From: Narcine bancroftii
Lineage: Eukaryota
Direction: 5' to 3'
Length of the DNA stretch: 64,000 bases
Assembly (NCBI RefSeq): GCF_036971445.1
Contig: NC_091475.1
Span: 28,892,001 to 28,956,000 of the forward strand
A program made the position numbers and the translations under genes. Positions 41,780-54,683 of the stretch are shown piece after piece. Positions within the stretch are counted from its first letter, which is position 1, and every line of letters begins with the position of its first letter. Below the pieces are notes generated by a model. That model ran no database searches, was not told the DNA's origin, and saw nothing but the letters and a program-made list of their open reading frames with translations.

Positions 41780-42575
41780 AGTTATAGACCGGTGAGCCTG
41801 ATGTCAGTAGCAAGTTATTGGAAAGTATTCTAATAGATCACATGCACAGGAATTTGTATAGGAGTGACTGATTAGACAGTCATCGTGGCTTTGTGTGTAT
41901 TAAGTTGTATTTAACCAATCTTCTAGTTTGAAAAAGGTGGTTACCAGGGGTTAATAAAAGAAAGGCCATGGATAAAGTCTTTAATAAGGCCTTCAGCAAA
42001 GTTCCGCATGGGAGGCTGGTCAATAAAAAGTTCATTCACTTCATATTCAGGATGAAGTATTAAAATAAATTTACTTTTGGCTTTGAGGGAGAAGCCAGGG
42101 AGTATTGGGTGCAGTGTTGGTCACCTAATTAGATGAAAGATGTAAATAATATTGAAGAACCACAGAGAATATTTATAAGGATTTTGCCAGGACTTGAGGA
42201 GAAAGGTTAACCAGGTTAGGAATTTAGTCCCTGGAGTTTTGGAGAATGAGAGCAAATTTGATGGAGACAAAATTATGAGGGGTAAAGAGTAAATGCAAGC
42301 AGGCTTTTTCTGTTAAAGTTAGTTGAATCAAGGACTGGAAGACATGGGTTAAGGTGAAATGCTTAAAAGTAACAGCAGTAAGTTCTTCATGTAGAGACTG
42401 GTGAGAGTGTGGAACCAGCTGCTAGCTGAAGTAGTGAACGTAGACATTTTTTTAAAAATTGGATACATACATGGATGAGAAGGGTATGGTTTGGGTGGAG
42501 AATAATAGTTTGACAAGGATTAGATGGACTTAAGGGCACGTTTCTGTCTGTAGTGTTTGTTCTATGGTTCTAATG
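41780..42575 (+). mobile_element. Degraded CR1 RT / 3' UTR fragment
   Basis: tatagaccggtgagcctgatgtcagt (YRPVSL), ttcagcaaagttccgcatgggaggctg (F.KVPH.RL), ttcta-type tail. Confidence 0.7.
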
Positions 42576-42955
42576 CTTCTATGATATCCTTTGGGAGAAT
42601 TTACAATGCCAAGAGAATCAATGCAAAATACAAAGTGATTTACATACATTCATATGCTTTCTATCCACAGATAAAGTACTCCATTGGAGTGCAAATATAA
42701 TGCACAGGGTCAAAAGAAATCAGAGGAACATTTGATAAGAAAAAATGTTGTACAGTACAGCGTATTTATTACAAAATAATGAAAAAAACTTCCTGGTTGA
42801 ACGGTGTGTAGCATGAAAGGAATGCATATCACAACACATTTTCTAACTCCAAACACTAGCTTAATTTTTCCTTTTCTGCACCATTTCAATGCTGAAGTTA
42901 TCAAACAGTTCTCTAAAAGGATTTTTTTTTAAAACAAGCTGAATGGGTATTATAC

Positions 42956-43105
42956 CTTAGTAGGACTGGACATCCTTTTCCTTTTAGCAGGACTGTTAAG
43001 GTCATCCACTTGGGTAGAAGGAACCATGTGTAGTGATAAAGTCTGCTGTGGCTGCTGACTGAGGCCTACTAATGGTTCATTATTGTGGTGATGAGGTTTA
43101 CAAGC
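42956..43105 (-). CDS. KDM6A: KDM6A alternative exon ~14: ACKPHHHNNEPLVGLSQQPQQTLSLHMVPSTQVDDLNSPAKRKRMSSPTK
   Basis: 150 nt, phase 0-0; tatag acceptor, AAG/gtataa donor; homologous to the long-isoform UTX exon (ACKPHH...SPAKRKR.SSPTK). Not in the ORF track. Confidence 0.93.
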
Positions 43106-43572
43106 CTATACATAAAAGAAAAGCATTGAAAATATGTAGAAATAATTCTCTACTTTCAAAACCCCTTTTCTTCCTCCTTTTGATTCCCCATTGATTTCTG
43201 AAAATACAGTCGCAATATCAAAGTAAGCGTTGTTTGGATAACTTATTCCCCTTCCTTATTTTGACAGAGTGAGTACCAAGGAAAAATACTGAGCATTTTA
43301 GGGCAAAAGTTGTTACAACTTTCATAAAAACAGCTTTATGTACAAATAGTGCAAAGTATTACATGCGACAGGACGATTCAACAGTTACTTCCCAATTGCT
43401 TGAGAAATCACCAATTTTGATTTCAATACCTCTAGCACTTTTAAAAGCAATTTGGCAGATAATATTATGGCCCCATATTGTTGTAAACCCATGAACATAT
43501 TTCTTCAAATCCTACCAATGATGAAGTTTTGTGAAGTTACTGTTTTGTTTGTGTGTGTATATATATGTATTA

Positions 43573-43824
<252 letters not shown>

Positions 43825-44599
43825 TCAATCATACAATCCACCTAATTGCTCTACAATCATGTAACACTTGTGGCTTTATGATCATACTAAAATTTCAGTT
43901 AAAATTGTGACAGACACATTAGTGTGAAAATTTAGCATCCTGTCCATGGTTTTATTTATTGTTAATTTTACACTGTGTGCAGTGAAAAAAAATCAGTTAA
44001 AATCAGAATGAGCTAATTAACATACAAATATTTGGCACTGAATTGTAAAAATGCAGTATTTCTCTCCCCGTGATATGTTACATCAGAGTGATTAAAGTTT
44101 TTGGGGTTCAGCAGTGTAAATAATGCTCCCCTTTCCTTTTCAACTGAATTGAACATTAACCTCTATTTAAAATTCAAAACTTTAAAAGCTGCAGTTTCCT
44201 TGAAGTTGACTCATATGTGAAGTTTTAATATTTTTAAGCATAAAGGACAAATGTACTTCAAAACACTGAAAAGAGCATGAAATACCAGAATCTAGAAAAG
44301 AAGCTGAATGCAACAAAAACAAAAGTAGAATCCTCATGAGTGTTTTCCCTCCCACCCTACTTGAGTTTGCACAGGGAAAATTCTGCAATAGCAACTGCCA
44401 ACAAGTCATCATCCTATGCAATTGTACTTATTTTTGTCATTTTTCAATGTGACAGAATTGTCCGTAAGCACATGGTGAGCTAACCTCAAATACTGCATTC
44501 CTCTGATGATGGGAAGGAAGGCACGGCTCTTGCTCCGTTTTTTTGCCATCACGTGGAGAAAATTGAATAGAAACTGGTTTCTGTGTCAATGGGAATCTC

Positions 44600-45250
44600 A
44601 GGAGGAAGCCAGGTTGCATCATCATCTCAACCCTTCTGGCTAAATGGTGACTAATGATCCAGCCTTATCCTTTGGTCTTGCAAACTTGCCTCTGTCATTG
44701 TTGAGAATGGAAATGTTCTTGCAGCGACAGGTAGGCATTTCTTTTTAGGTACTCCTGATGCAGCTCTTTGCTCTTCATGTCTAAATTAACCATGATTTAT
44801 TTTGTGGCTTGACTCCAATTATAGTATGTGAGTAACAATTGGATCGTGAAGTTACACAGAGCAGACAGATCTGTTCTGAATCTATCCCATTTAGCATGAT
44901 AATGGTGCCTACAGTGGAGGGCATCACCAGTGTGACAATGACTTACTTTCCACAAGGATAATGCAGTGGTCATTCCTACCAATGCTATCATGGACAAATC
45001 CATCAGCAACAGGTAGATTTGCAAGAATAAAATCCTTCATTTAGTTCTCTCACTACCCAGGCCAAATCATATCTGGCAGCTGCATCCTTCAAGACTAGAC
45101 GGGCAATATTCAAAGATTCCTTGGCCATGTTCTGTCTGATTCCATGAAGTCTGGAGTGACTGTAGTGCACTCCTAGGCCTACTGCCTTCTGTTTAAATTG
45201 GACTGCAGGAGAGGAAACATTCATGTATTATGAAGGAGTTGGCACACTGC
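44600..45250 (-). mobile_element. Old non-LTR retroelement endonuclease/linker remnant
   Basis: ORF 44797..45024 contains HYHAKWDRFRTDL, a LINE post-endonuclease-like motif. Confidence 0.4.
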
Positions 45251-45699
45251 CCATAAGATACGATTATGTATGGCCATGTCAAGCTGACAAAGGCGAAAGA
45301 ACAAATATAAATCAGTTTGAGACCAAGGACCAAGCTAAAAGGGAACAATGTCAATTATGTAACAGTGAGGCATTGATAATAGAACAATATTGCCTAATGT
45401 AAATAATGAAAGACAATAAATAATTTCAATTAGATTTGCAGCAAGGATTTTTTTCTGCCCAAACACCAGACTTCTAAGGTTTCCTTTTCCAGTTGATCTT
45501 CAGTTCTACTAACTTTTGGTACTACTGATGTAGAGAGTAACTTTTCTTTTCAGCATTATACACCAATATAATTATCTATTTAAACAACTTTGTAAAATAA
45601 AATCAGTCTGAGAGTTTGGTCTAGTGGTCAAATTCTATGAGGCAATTAATTTTATAGAAAATACAGGATTAAAGAGACTTGATAAAATTCCCAAGAGTC

Positions 45700-46180
45700 A
45701 GAATCATGCAGCACTGAACAGGCTCATGTTCAATTTGTCCATGTCAACCAACCACAGAATTCTGTGGTAGTCCCATTCCCTGCAATTTGATCCATATGCT
45801 TTAAACCCTATCTTGTCCAAATGGTTTTTAGAATGTTGCAATTGTGTCTGCTTCAATAACTTCTTCTACCAGCTTTCGCCAGATACAAAATGTCCCTCCT
45901 AAACCCTCCCCTCTCACCTTAAACCTTTGCCCTCTAGTTCTAGAATTGTCTACACTGGGAAAAAGTGAGCATTCACTTTATCCATTCTCCTAGTCATTTT
46001 ATAAACCTGTGTAAGATCACCCCTCAACTTACTCTGCTCCAGGAATATCCAGCCTCTCCATACAACTTAAGCCCTCTTGTCCTAACAGTATCGAAGTGAA
46101 TTTCTTCCACACCTTTTTCAACTTAATGATATCCTTCCTATAGATGGATGAACTGAACTCCACACAGAACTCCAAGTAAA
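45700..46180 (-). mobile_element. CR1 3' region remnant
   Basis: cctctcaccttaaacctttgccctctagtt, typical of the CR1 3' end in reverse. Confidence 0.55.
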
Positions 46181-47193
46181 TAAGAATGAGGAGAGATTAA
46201 ACAGTTTTTAAAAATATTTTAGGTAAAAAATAAACCAGCTATTTCTACAAATTGAAAGGGAAAAATTAAAGACCAAAAACCTATTTATATACATAGCCTT
46301 ACAGAATTTTAAAAAAACATAGTATTAGGGGGAACCTCATGAAGATTTGATGGAAAAAAAAATCATCTGAATTAGAGGAAGATTCCAAGTCACAGAAGAA
46401 ACTAGAAGGCCCGCTTCTGTATTATAAGCGGATAAATAGATGATTGTTCAAAGTTCCTGCACAAAGTGAAGATTTGTTGCCATGTGTTGTTTCCATATTC
46501 TAGAAGGGTATAGAGATATGGCAAGAAAACTTATGTACAGAAGTAACTAGTAAAAATTGTTTGAAATTAAAGATCACTTGGAAAAGCAGGAACTGATTCA
46601 GGATGTTCAGCATGTTTTTTTAAAGCATGAAAAATTTTCCTTCACCAATATCATGGAGTTTATATTTCAGAGGTTATTAACAAAATTGATGAAAGCAAGG
46701 TAGAATATGTGGTAATGCAAGATCTTTGACAAGGTCCCATATAGGATGTTAGTCTAGAAAGTTAACCCTCATGGGAGAAATGATGTTTTGGCAAACAAGA
46801 GGCTGGTGGTAGCAGAGCATTATGTACTGCAAGAATCAGTACTGGAATCTTGGCTGTTTGTTATACAAGTGGATGATTTGAATGAGAATGTCCGTGGGTT
46901 TAATCAGTATGCTGAAAATACAAATAATGTATTGATGATGAAAGACACAAAGGAACAAAGATCAACTTGAAAGTTGGGCAGATCAGTGGCAAATGGAATT
47001 TAATTCAAACAAGAGTTAAGTATTTCCTTGAGTTTCTCAATATTGGCCAGACACATACAGAAAATAGCAGGGACTTTAGCAGCATTGACATACAGAGGAA
47101 CCCGGGATACGTTCATGGATCCTTGAAAATGGCCACAAAGATGGATACGACAGTAAAGACATTGTTTTGCCTGCTTGCCTTCAAAAACGTGTA

Positions 47194-47567
47194 CAGGTAT
47201 GAGCTGCTTAACATTAGTTCGGGCAACGTCCGTGGACCCATAATTATTCAAGTACCACTAGCACGTCCGCAGCAATTTAGAAAAAGCGATAGCTAGCTAT
47301 AGGAAATTGTGCAGTGTGCCCAAACTGATCCGACTGCCCCACTCCACCCACAGCCTCGTGATGGTCCCCACACTGATCCCACTGCCCTGTTCTCTGCCCA
47401 GCGTCAGTCCCCACACTGATCCCTACTTACAAATAAAAAGTTTAGAGGTACCCTACAGTATCCCATATAGCTTTGCAAAGTATCTGATATGGTGTTTGCA
47501 CAATGTCCACATCGCATAATGCCCAATTTCACAGAATGTATCATAGACATTAAACAATGCATACCTA
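47194..47567. mobile_element. Tigger-like MITE, ~374 bp
   Basis: TA-CAGGTATG ... CATACCT(a)-TA; internal cacactgatccc repeats. Confidence 0.5.
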
Positions 47568-47718
47568 TATTGAAATATTGCATTCAGTTCTGGTCACATG
47601 ACAGAACAGATTATAGAAAGGAGAGCCAAGGGACAATTTTTTTCAGTGTGATGGCAAATGGAACAGTTTGTGTATAGGCGGTAGAGGCAAGTACAATTTT
47701 TGAAAAGCATTTCAACAG

Positions 47719-50700
47719 GGGTATGGTTTGATGGCGTAGGTTGGATACTTAAAAATATGCCTCTCCTGGCAGAATTAATTAAAACCTGATTATTTAAAAA
47801 ATTTAAATTAAAGACTTTGAGATCGATCTGAATTGAAACACTATATGGCTACAAAGAAAGAAAAGACTCAAACAGCTAAGACGACGACTATTAACAAGGT
47901 TAGTACAACTGAAGAAGTTGGGCCTACTTTAATGATGGAGCCTCTGGATCAAGTTTTTCTCCCTCCAAGGATGACTCGTGCCATGTCGGTGAGGGTTCAC
48001 ATACTCCAGCGCCACTTCTCTGGGGAGCCAAGGAAGATGGCGCTGGAGTTCAGAAGACCATCAGATTCCAAAAAGTTGCAGGAAAAACTGCGCAGTTTCA
48101 TCCTCGGGTGAAGAGCAAGAAGGCACAGAAAAAGAAATAAGAATGTATGAAGAGTTGGAGGAAATGAAAATGGAAGAAGAAGCCCAACTTATTCAAGGTA
48201 TGGAGGAGATAAAGTTTGACACTCTGAAGTTATGTTTCAGAGTGAGGAATGTAAAGCTTTAACCTCTTTAATTATCTATCTGCTAAAGGAGAAGCTAACA
48301 TGCAATTTAATATTTGAAAGGTGAAATGAGCTATTAAACAAGAAATGGTAAAATATGCTGAAATTGTGAAGAAAGTTAAAACTAAAGTCCAGAAAATTGA
48401 AGATGACATTCAAGATTATCGTGATGAAGTAGAACAATGTAAAGATACGGATAATAAAATGGACGATTCTTTTGTGGCTTGGGAGGTACAGAGAAAAGAA
48501 CTTTTACAAAAACTTGGTGTACTATAAAATCATAGCCACAGGAATAATGTTAAGACTGTTGGGCTGCCTGAAGATTTTGAAGGCTCTAATCCAATGCAAT
48601 TTTTTCCAAAGATGAATTCTGGAAATTATGGGTCCTGAAAATTTTCCTAATGGATTAGAATTGGATAGAGCACATAAAGCAAATAGAAAGAAACAATTTC
48701 TGGGACAAGTGCCACACTCGATTTTGCTCAGGTGTCTACGTTACCAAGAAAAAGAAATGATATTAAGATTGGCGGCTCAAACTGCTCAAAAACAACGAGG
48801 CTTCTTAATAGTGGGAAATAACAGAATGTTTTTCTTGACGGATTTCAGTATGTCAATTGTCAAAAGAAAGGAATTTAATCCTGCAAATCATTTCTTTGGA
48901 AGCAAGGATATAAATTTTCTTTCCATTACCCAGCCATGCATAAAGTGTTTTCTGGAGAAAATCAATCACGGTTTTTTGCAGATGGCGGATTTGAAATTTG
49001 ATAATTTTTGCCAAATCTTAAACACGATCAAACTCAAAGCCTGAGTCAATCTATTTAACAGGCTTTGATATGTCAAGATGAGAAGGTACAAGATCTGCAA
49101 CAGAAGTTAAAACATCAAGAATAGGTTGAAATTGATGATGACCAAGTGAATAAGGATCTCAAAGAAGCATCTTATACCTGAATGAACTACACTTGAAGTT
49201 ATGGGTATTCTGTCGGGGGGGGGGAGTGCAGACTTTTTATCTTCTCCTTCCGTAGCTGTGTGCAACTTTGTAGTTTTTTTTTTAAACTGGTGCTTTTTTG
49301 GGTTTTTTTTTTCCTTTCTTTGCTTTTTTTTGGCATTGCTGAATTTATTCGAAAATATGTATAGAGCAAGAGTCCAGTGGGGAGAGTTGCAAGAGGTCTT
49401 TGATTTTTATCTTGAATATGACTGGTAATTATGTATTAAATTTACTATCTTTTAATATGATCTTAATAACACAATTAAAAGGAAGAAAGTTTGCCTTATA
49501 TTCAAAAAATTGAGGTTTGATATTGCTTTTTTTTAAAACAAGAAAAACATTTAACTGAAAAAGAACATCAAAAATTAAAGAAGGAATGGGTAAGTCAAAT
49601 GGTAGCCTCTTCATTTAATTCTAAATCAAGAGTTTCTATTTTGATTAATAAGAAGCCACCTGTTAAGATATAATCCATAGTTACTGATTCTGCTGGGAGA
49701 TTTATCTTAGTATATTATCAAATTTATTCAGAAATGTGTACACATATGTGTATTTATGCACCCAATGCAGATGATGAAAAGTTTATTAGTGATTTTTTTA
49801 TGTATCTTGCTGAAACACATGAAAATGTGCTAACTGGAGGAGATTTCTATTGTTGTTTAGATCCAATTTTGGATGTCACAAAAATCAGTTGCTAAAACTA
49901 AATAATCCAATTTTGAATATGATGAAAGATTTGAATTTAGTTGATATTTGGCGAAGGTTAAATCCAAATATTTTTTAAAAAAATTCTAGCCATTGTCTAG
50001 ATCAAGTAGACAAGGATGTCCTTTATTTGTTTTAGCAATTAAACCATTAGCAGAATTAATAAGACAGGAGTTTAGTATTAAGGGTATAAAAGTTAGTACA
50101 GAAGAGCACAAGATTAATTTAATCACTGATGATGTTTTGGTTTACATGATAGATCCTATAAATTCTTTGCTTTTTTTGTATACAAGAATGAAAGATTATG
50201 GTGAAATATCTGATTATATAATTAATTGGGACAAAAGTGAAATTATGCCCTTGGTAAAAGGAGATTATATTCAACATAAAAAATTCACTCCATTTAAATG
50301 GTCGGAAAATTGAATTAAATATTTGGGGATTAGAATTGATAATGGTTTAAATAAGTTAATCAAGTTAAATTATTTACATTTACTTTATAAAATTAAGGAT
50401 TATTTAAATAAATGGAATGATTTACCTATAACCTTAATAGATAGAGTAAATTGTATTCAAATGAATGTTTTTCCAAGGGTTCAATATCTTTTTCAGTTAA
50501 TTCCCTGTGGTATACCTCAAAAATCTTAATGATTTAAATTCAAGTATTAGGAAGTTTTTATGGAAAGATGTCTAGAAATTGTTTACAAAAATTAACTTGG
50601 AAATTTGAATTAGGTTTACAACACCTTCATTTTAAGAATTATTATAAAGTAGCCTAATTAAAATTTATTTTTTAATAGAATGTTTGATTCAGAGTAATAG

Positions 50701-51958
50701 GTGAAGATCATATGAAGGATTTTATTTATAAATGAAACTTTAAATTATTAACAAAAAACAGAGATACACCTATCTTGAGACATTTGATTTAATTATGGAA
50801 CAGATTACACGATAAGTGCCTTTATATCAAAATAGACTTCTTCCTTTTTCTATGAATAATCAATTTTTTTAAATTTGGAGACAAATGGGGATTTTAAAAA
50901 AAAGATGGTTTTGAAGCTGGTAAATTTATTAATTTTCAATGAATGAAGGAAAAATTTAATGTCCTGAATAATACTTTTTCTATTATCAAGTTAAAGCCTT
51001 TTTGATTGAAAAGTTGTCATAATCTGAGATTATCTAGACAAAATGAATTAGAATTATTAATAATTAAGCATGGTATGAATACATTTATTTCAGAGATGTA
51101 TATATTACTTCAAAAAACAGCATCTAAATTAGGAATACATAAATCAAGATTAAGATGCGAGGTTGATTTAGGTAGACAATTAGATGAAAATTATTGGAAG
51201 CAATTATGTAAAGATAGTATGATGAAATTATTAATGTAAGGTAATAGATTAGATCAATATAATTTTTACATCAATATATTTAACTCCCCTGGTTCTTTTT
51301 TTCATTCTACTTGGGAGTGTCCTAGAGAAAAACCTTTTTGGTTAGAACTAAAAACATTTTTGGAGAAAATATTACAGGTAACATTCCCATTATATCCAAT
51401 GTTATTTTTGTTGGGTAGTGATTAGGCTCAAATTAAAATTAACTATGTTTGAAATTGAATTTTTACGATTAGCTTTAGCTGTTTCTAGAAAGTGCATTGC
51501 CATTACTTGAAAATCAAATATAGATTTAGGAATGGAGAGATGGCATGCTGAATTGCGCTCTTGTAATCCACTTGAGAAAATAACAATTTGTGTAATAAAT
51601 ATCATTTCGTTTTGAAAGTATGGAGCCCATACTTACAATGTGTTGGTTTGAAAATTTGAAAGATTCTGAAAGCTCGCCACACTGATAACCCTTAGCTCCA
51701 GTATTATGTGAGATTTTTTGGCATTCTCCTTATCTTTTTCTTTTCTTTTTATGTTAAAGTTGGATGGGGAGGAAAGGATATATCTTCTTCTTTGGCTTGG
51801 CTTCGCAGACGAAGATTTATGGAGGGGGTAAAAAGTCCACGTCAGCTGCAGGCTTGTTTGTGGCTGACAAGTCCGATGCGGGACAGGCAAGGATATATAT
51901 TAATTTAATAATTGTAGATGTGGTTTTAAAATTCATAAATAAAATATTTTTTTAAAAA
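47719..51958 (+). mobile_element. L1-clade LINE with both ends present and an internal deletion; decayed ORF1 and ORF2 (EN, RT), antisense to KDM6A
   Basis: ORF1 (RNNVK.VGLPE..EG; ELDRAH; LRYQEKEMIL), EN (IYAPN.DD; GGDF; DIWR), RT (RQGCP..LAIKPLA; I.L.TDDVL.Y), AATAAA/poly(A), candidate TSD aacag. Confidence 0.85.
51784..51888 (-). mobile_element. 105-bp RTE 3' end inserted in the L1 3' UTR
   Basis: Perfect 10-bp TSD aaggatatat (51774-83, 51889-98); about 95% identical to 15364-15470. Confidence 0.9.
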
Positions 51959-52994
51959 AACAGATATGTAGCAAAGAAGGAATAGAGGGCAAATGCAGAT
52001 AAAGGGGATTCCAGTAGATGGATCATGGTCAATGTTGATGAGTCAGGTTGAAGGGCCTGCTGCCATGCTATAGGATGCAGATATGTGAAGAAAAGATAGG
52101 GCCTTAACTTAGTGTCTGCTCTAACAAAGCACACCTTCAACAATGTAGAATCTGATTAATAACAAAGTGTCTTTTGACATTTCTGTGCCAAGTCTCTGGT
52201 GTGGATTTCAACAACAACCTTCTGTCTTAAAAGTGATAGTGTAAATAAGCAAGCAATAGCAATGAATCCAACAGTTAAACTGGAGCAATATGCGGTATTT
52301 GTAGGCTAAGTTATAAATATCTTGAAATCCCATGACTAACCTTGTCCAAATGATGAAAAAAAAATCAACAGAAATAACCTGAGAACAAAGTAATCCTCAA
52401 AAAGCCCAGTCATGACCCCTGAATGGTTTTTCCCAATGGAAAATATCTGTGTGGATATTCAGTGAAGACAGTTGATCTGCTGCATTGTTGACTGAAATAC
52501 TTATCAAGACTATCCATGATCACATTTGGATAGATGAGAATACTGATGGAAAGATGATGGAGCAACTGCTAAGATCAATTGCAAGGCCTTAAAAGACAAA
52601 TGTAGGATTTAAAATAAATGTGGAAGCCATTACTGAGCCAAATATGGCAAGACAGGGTTTTACTCCAAATAATCAAACATGATATTGAGGCTTTGATAAG
52701 AGGAGTTGTGAACAGGCTATAGATACTTGATGGGCAGAATTAGGAAACAGAAAAGACTGCAGTGAAGGTTGTACTAAGATGTCTTAGCAGCACAAACACA
52801 GGTATCTGAAGATAGGCATGTAGCAAAGGAATGTTTTTAATTGGGGAATTTCAGCTTTTATAATCGACAAGCAAAATTCAAGTGTTTACTACAATAGTGT
52901 TCTAAAACTATTAAGAGGCCAGGCCATATTAGATTTGATAAGATACAATTTCAGATATTTAAATTTTAGTTTAATTTAATTTTTTTAAATATAA

Positions 52995-53232
52995 ATTTAG
53001 ACATACAGCACAGTAACAGGCTCTTTCAGCCCATGAGCCCTTGCCACCCAATTGGCCTACAACCCTCAATCATTTTGAACAGTGGGAGGAAACTGGAGCG
53101 CCCAGAGGAAACATACAGAGACACAGGGAGAATGTACAAATTCCTTACAGACAAGACAGGATTCGAACGCTGGTTCCAATCATTGACACTGTAACAGCGT
53201 TGCACTAATCACTACACTAACCGAGCCGCTCT
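52995..53232 (-). mobile_element. HE1/V-SINE-like SINE, near full length
   Basis: Reverse strand: cggttagtgtagtgattagtgcaacgctgttacag...gttcgaatcc...gtaaggaatttgtacattctccctgtgtctctgtatgtttcctctgggcgctccagtttcctccc. Confidence 0.8.
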
Positions 53233-54319
53233 AAATGCAATCAATACTTTATGATGCTTGAACTTTTATCAATAATACAATCAAGTTCGATGCATTCTTT
53301 TTTTCTCCCACAGGAAAAAATCGGAAATATCCACTATTAATCTAGATTTTTTAGAACTGCCTTTAGTCCTACCAGATGGAGATTGTCCGTTTAAGCACTG
53401 GACAAATTTGTAGCTCAATAGCAGGAAGTTTGATAAAGAATTAAATGTGATACAGAAACAATTTGCATAAGACACAGTGTGCAAAATATTATAAGAAAGT
53501 AAAAGGTTCACAAAATGTTCGCATCTCTATGCTTATATTATAATCCTTACAATATACAACCTCTGCTACAAAAATGCAATGGCCTGCCTGGTTGGATTAT
53601 TCCTGGAATACCTCAGCAAATTCCAGACACCAAATTTTAGGAAGGACGTGTATCCTAAAATTAAGAACCAGGTCTTTCAAGAACAAATTCATGCAGAAAG
53701 TAAGCAAGCATGTCAGAAATTTTAAATCCTCTTCCACAATGGAAATTAATGCTTAATCGATTGTTAACTTTAAATCTGAGATTTGTAAAATTTTGATGAT
53801 CAAAATTATAAGGGATTTGGTGAAAAGGCATGGAAAAACCAAGAGCTCGGTTATCCAGCATTTCAGTAGTAACCACTCTCCTGCAACAGGTACTTCAGAG
53901 GAAGCACCCAGGCTGAAATCCAGTGAGCGTCATGGGAGCTGTTGAGCAAACACCATTATGCTTGGCAGTTTTTGTCATCTGCTGGGTGATACCAATTGTT
54001 ATCTTATTGTCATGTACTAAAGAGTACTGCATTGCTTTTCCCTTAATCTATCACCTTTGATGTTACCATGTCCAATGTTAACACATTTTTATTAACATAT
54101 TTGGGTATTTAACAGACATCCCATTTCTCCCACCCCCACTTACAATTTCTCCTGGACGTCAGTCAGATGGTAATGATAAAGTAAGGTTATAGTTCAATCA
54201 CAATTAAGGCTAGAAGGCCAAAGATCCTACTCCTGTAACTGTTTCATGAAATAACATAATTAACAGCAAAGCATCATAAACCAAATTCTTCTTGGAGCTT
54301 TGTTCCACTTTCCAGACAG

Positions 54320-54385
54320 AGAGAGGAAGACAAACAGACAGGGAGAGTGAGGGACAGGGAGACAGACAGGGACACAGACGGAGAA
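54320..54385. repeat. Degenerate GACA/GGGA-rich simple repeat
   Basis: Seen directly. Confidence 0.6.
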
Positions 54386-54635
54386 ATATCTTTTCTCACA
54401 TCTATTCAAATTGTCTCTCCCTCCCCAAAAATGCTGCCTGATGCAGAACAAAAGTGGTCCAGCTGAAATCAGATAATTTAGCATGGATTTTTGAACCTTT
54501 TTGTAGTTTAATGGTAGATCAGTTGCAACTTTGACTTTTTGAGTTCAAAAGCACATGCTACCAAATAAAATGTACTCAGACTATGAAGTCAAGCAAATAA
54601 AGATACTGCAGCTTTAACAGAAAATTCAATATCAC

Positions 54636-54683
54636 CTGCATTAATAATAACTGATGTAGAAGTATTGTAGCACGCAGGTAGGA
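54636..54683 (-). CDS. Candidate 48-nt in-frame cassette exon (SYLRATILLHQLLLMQ) in KDM6A intron 12
   Basis: ttctttttctttaag acceptor, CAG/gtgata donor, phase 0-0, no stop codon; no transcript evidence available. Confidence 0.4.

Larger units (their letters stand above)
46560..52075 (+). mobile_element. Old CR1 fragment split by a MITE (47194-47567) and an L1 (47719-51958)
   Basis: F DKVPYR.L and W..KW...FN..K motifs; the CR1 3' sequence resumes after the L1 poly(A). Confidence 0.6.

Noticed and set aside
53150-53232. tRNA gene (A/B boxes; also at 37143-37220)
   Set aside because: Continues directly into the V-domain and tail of a SINE; no cloverleaf evident.
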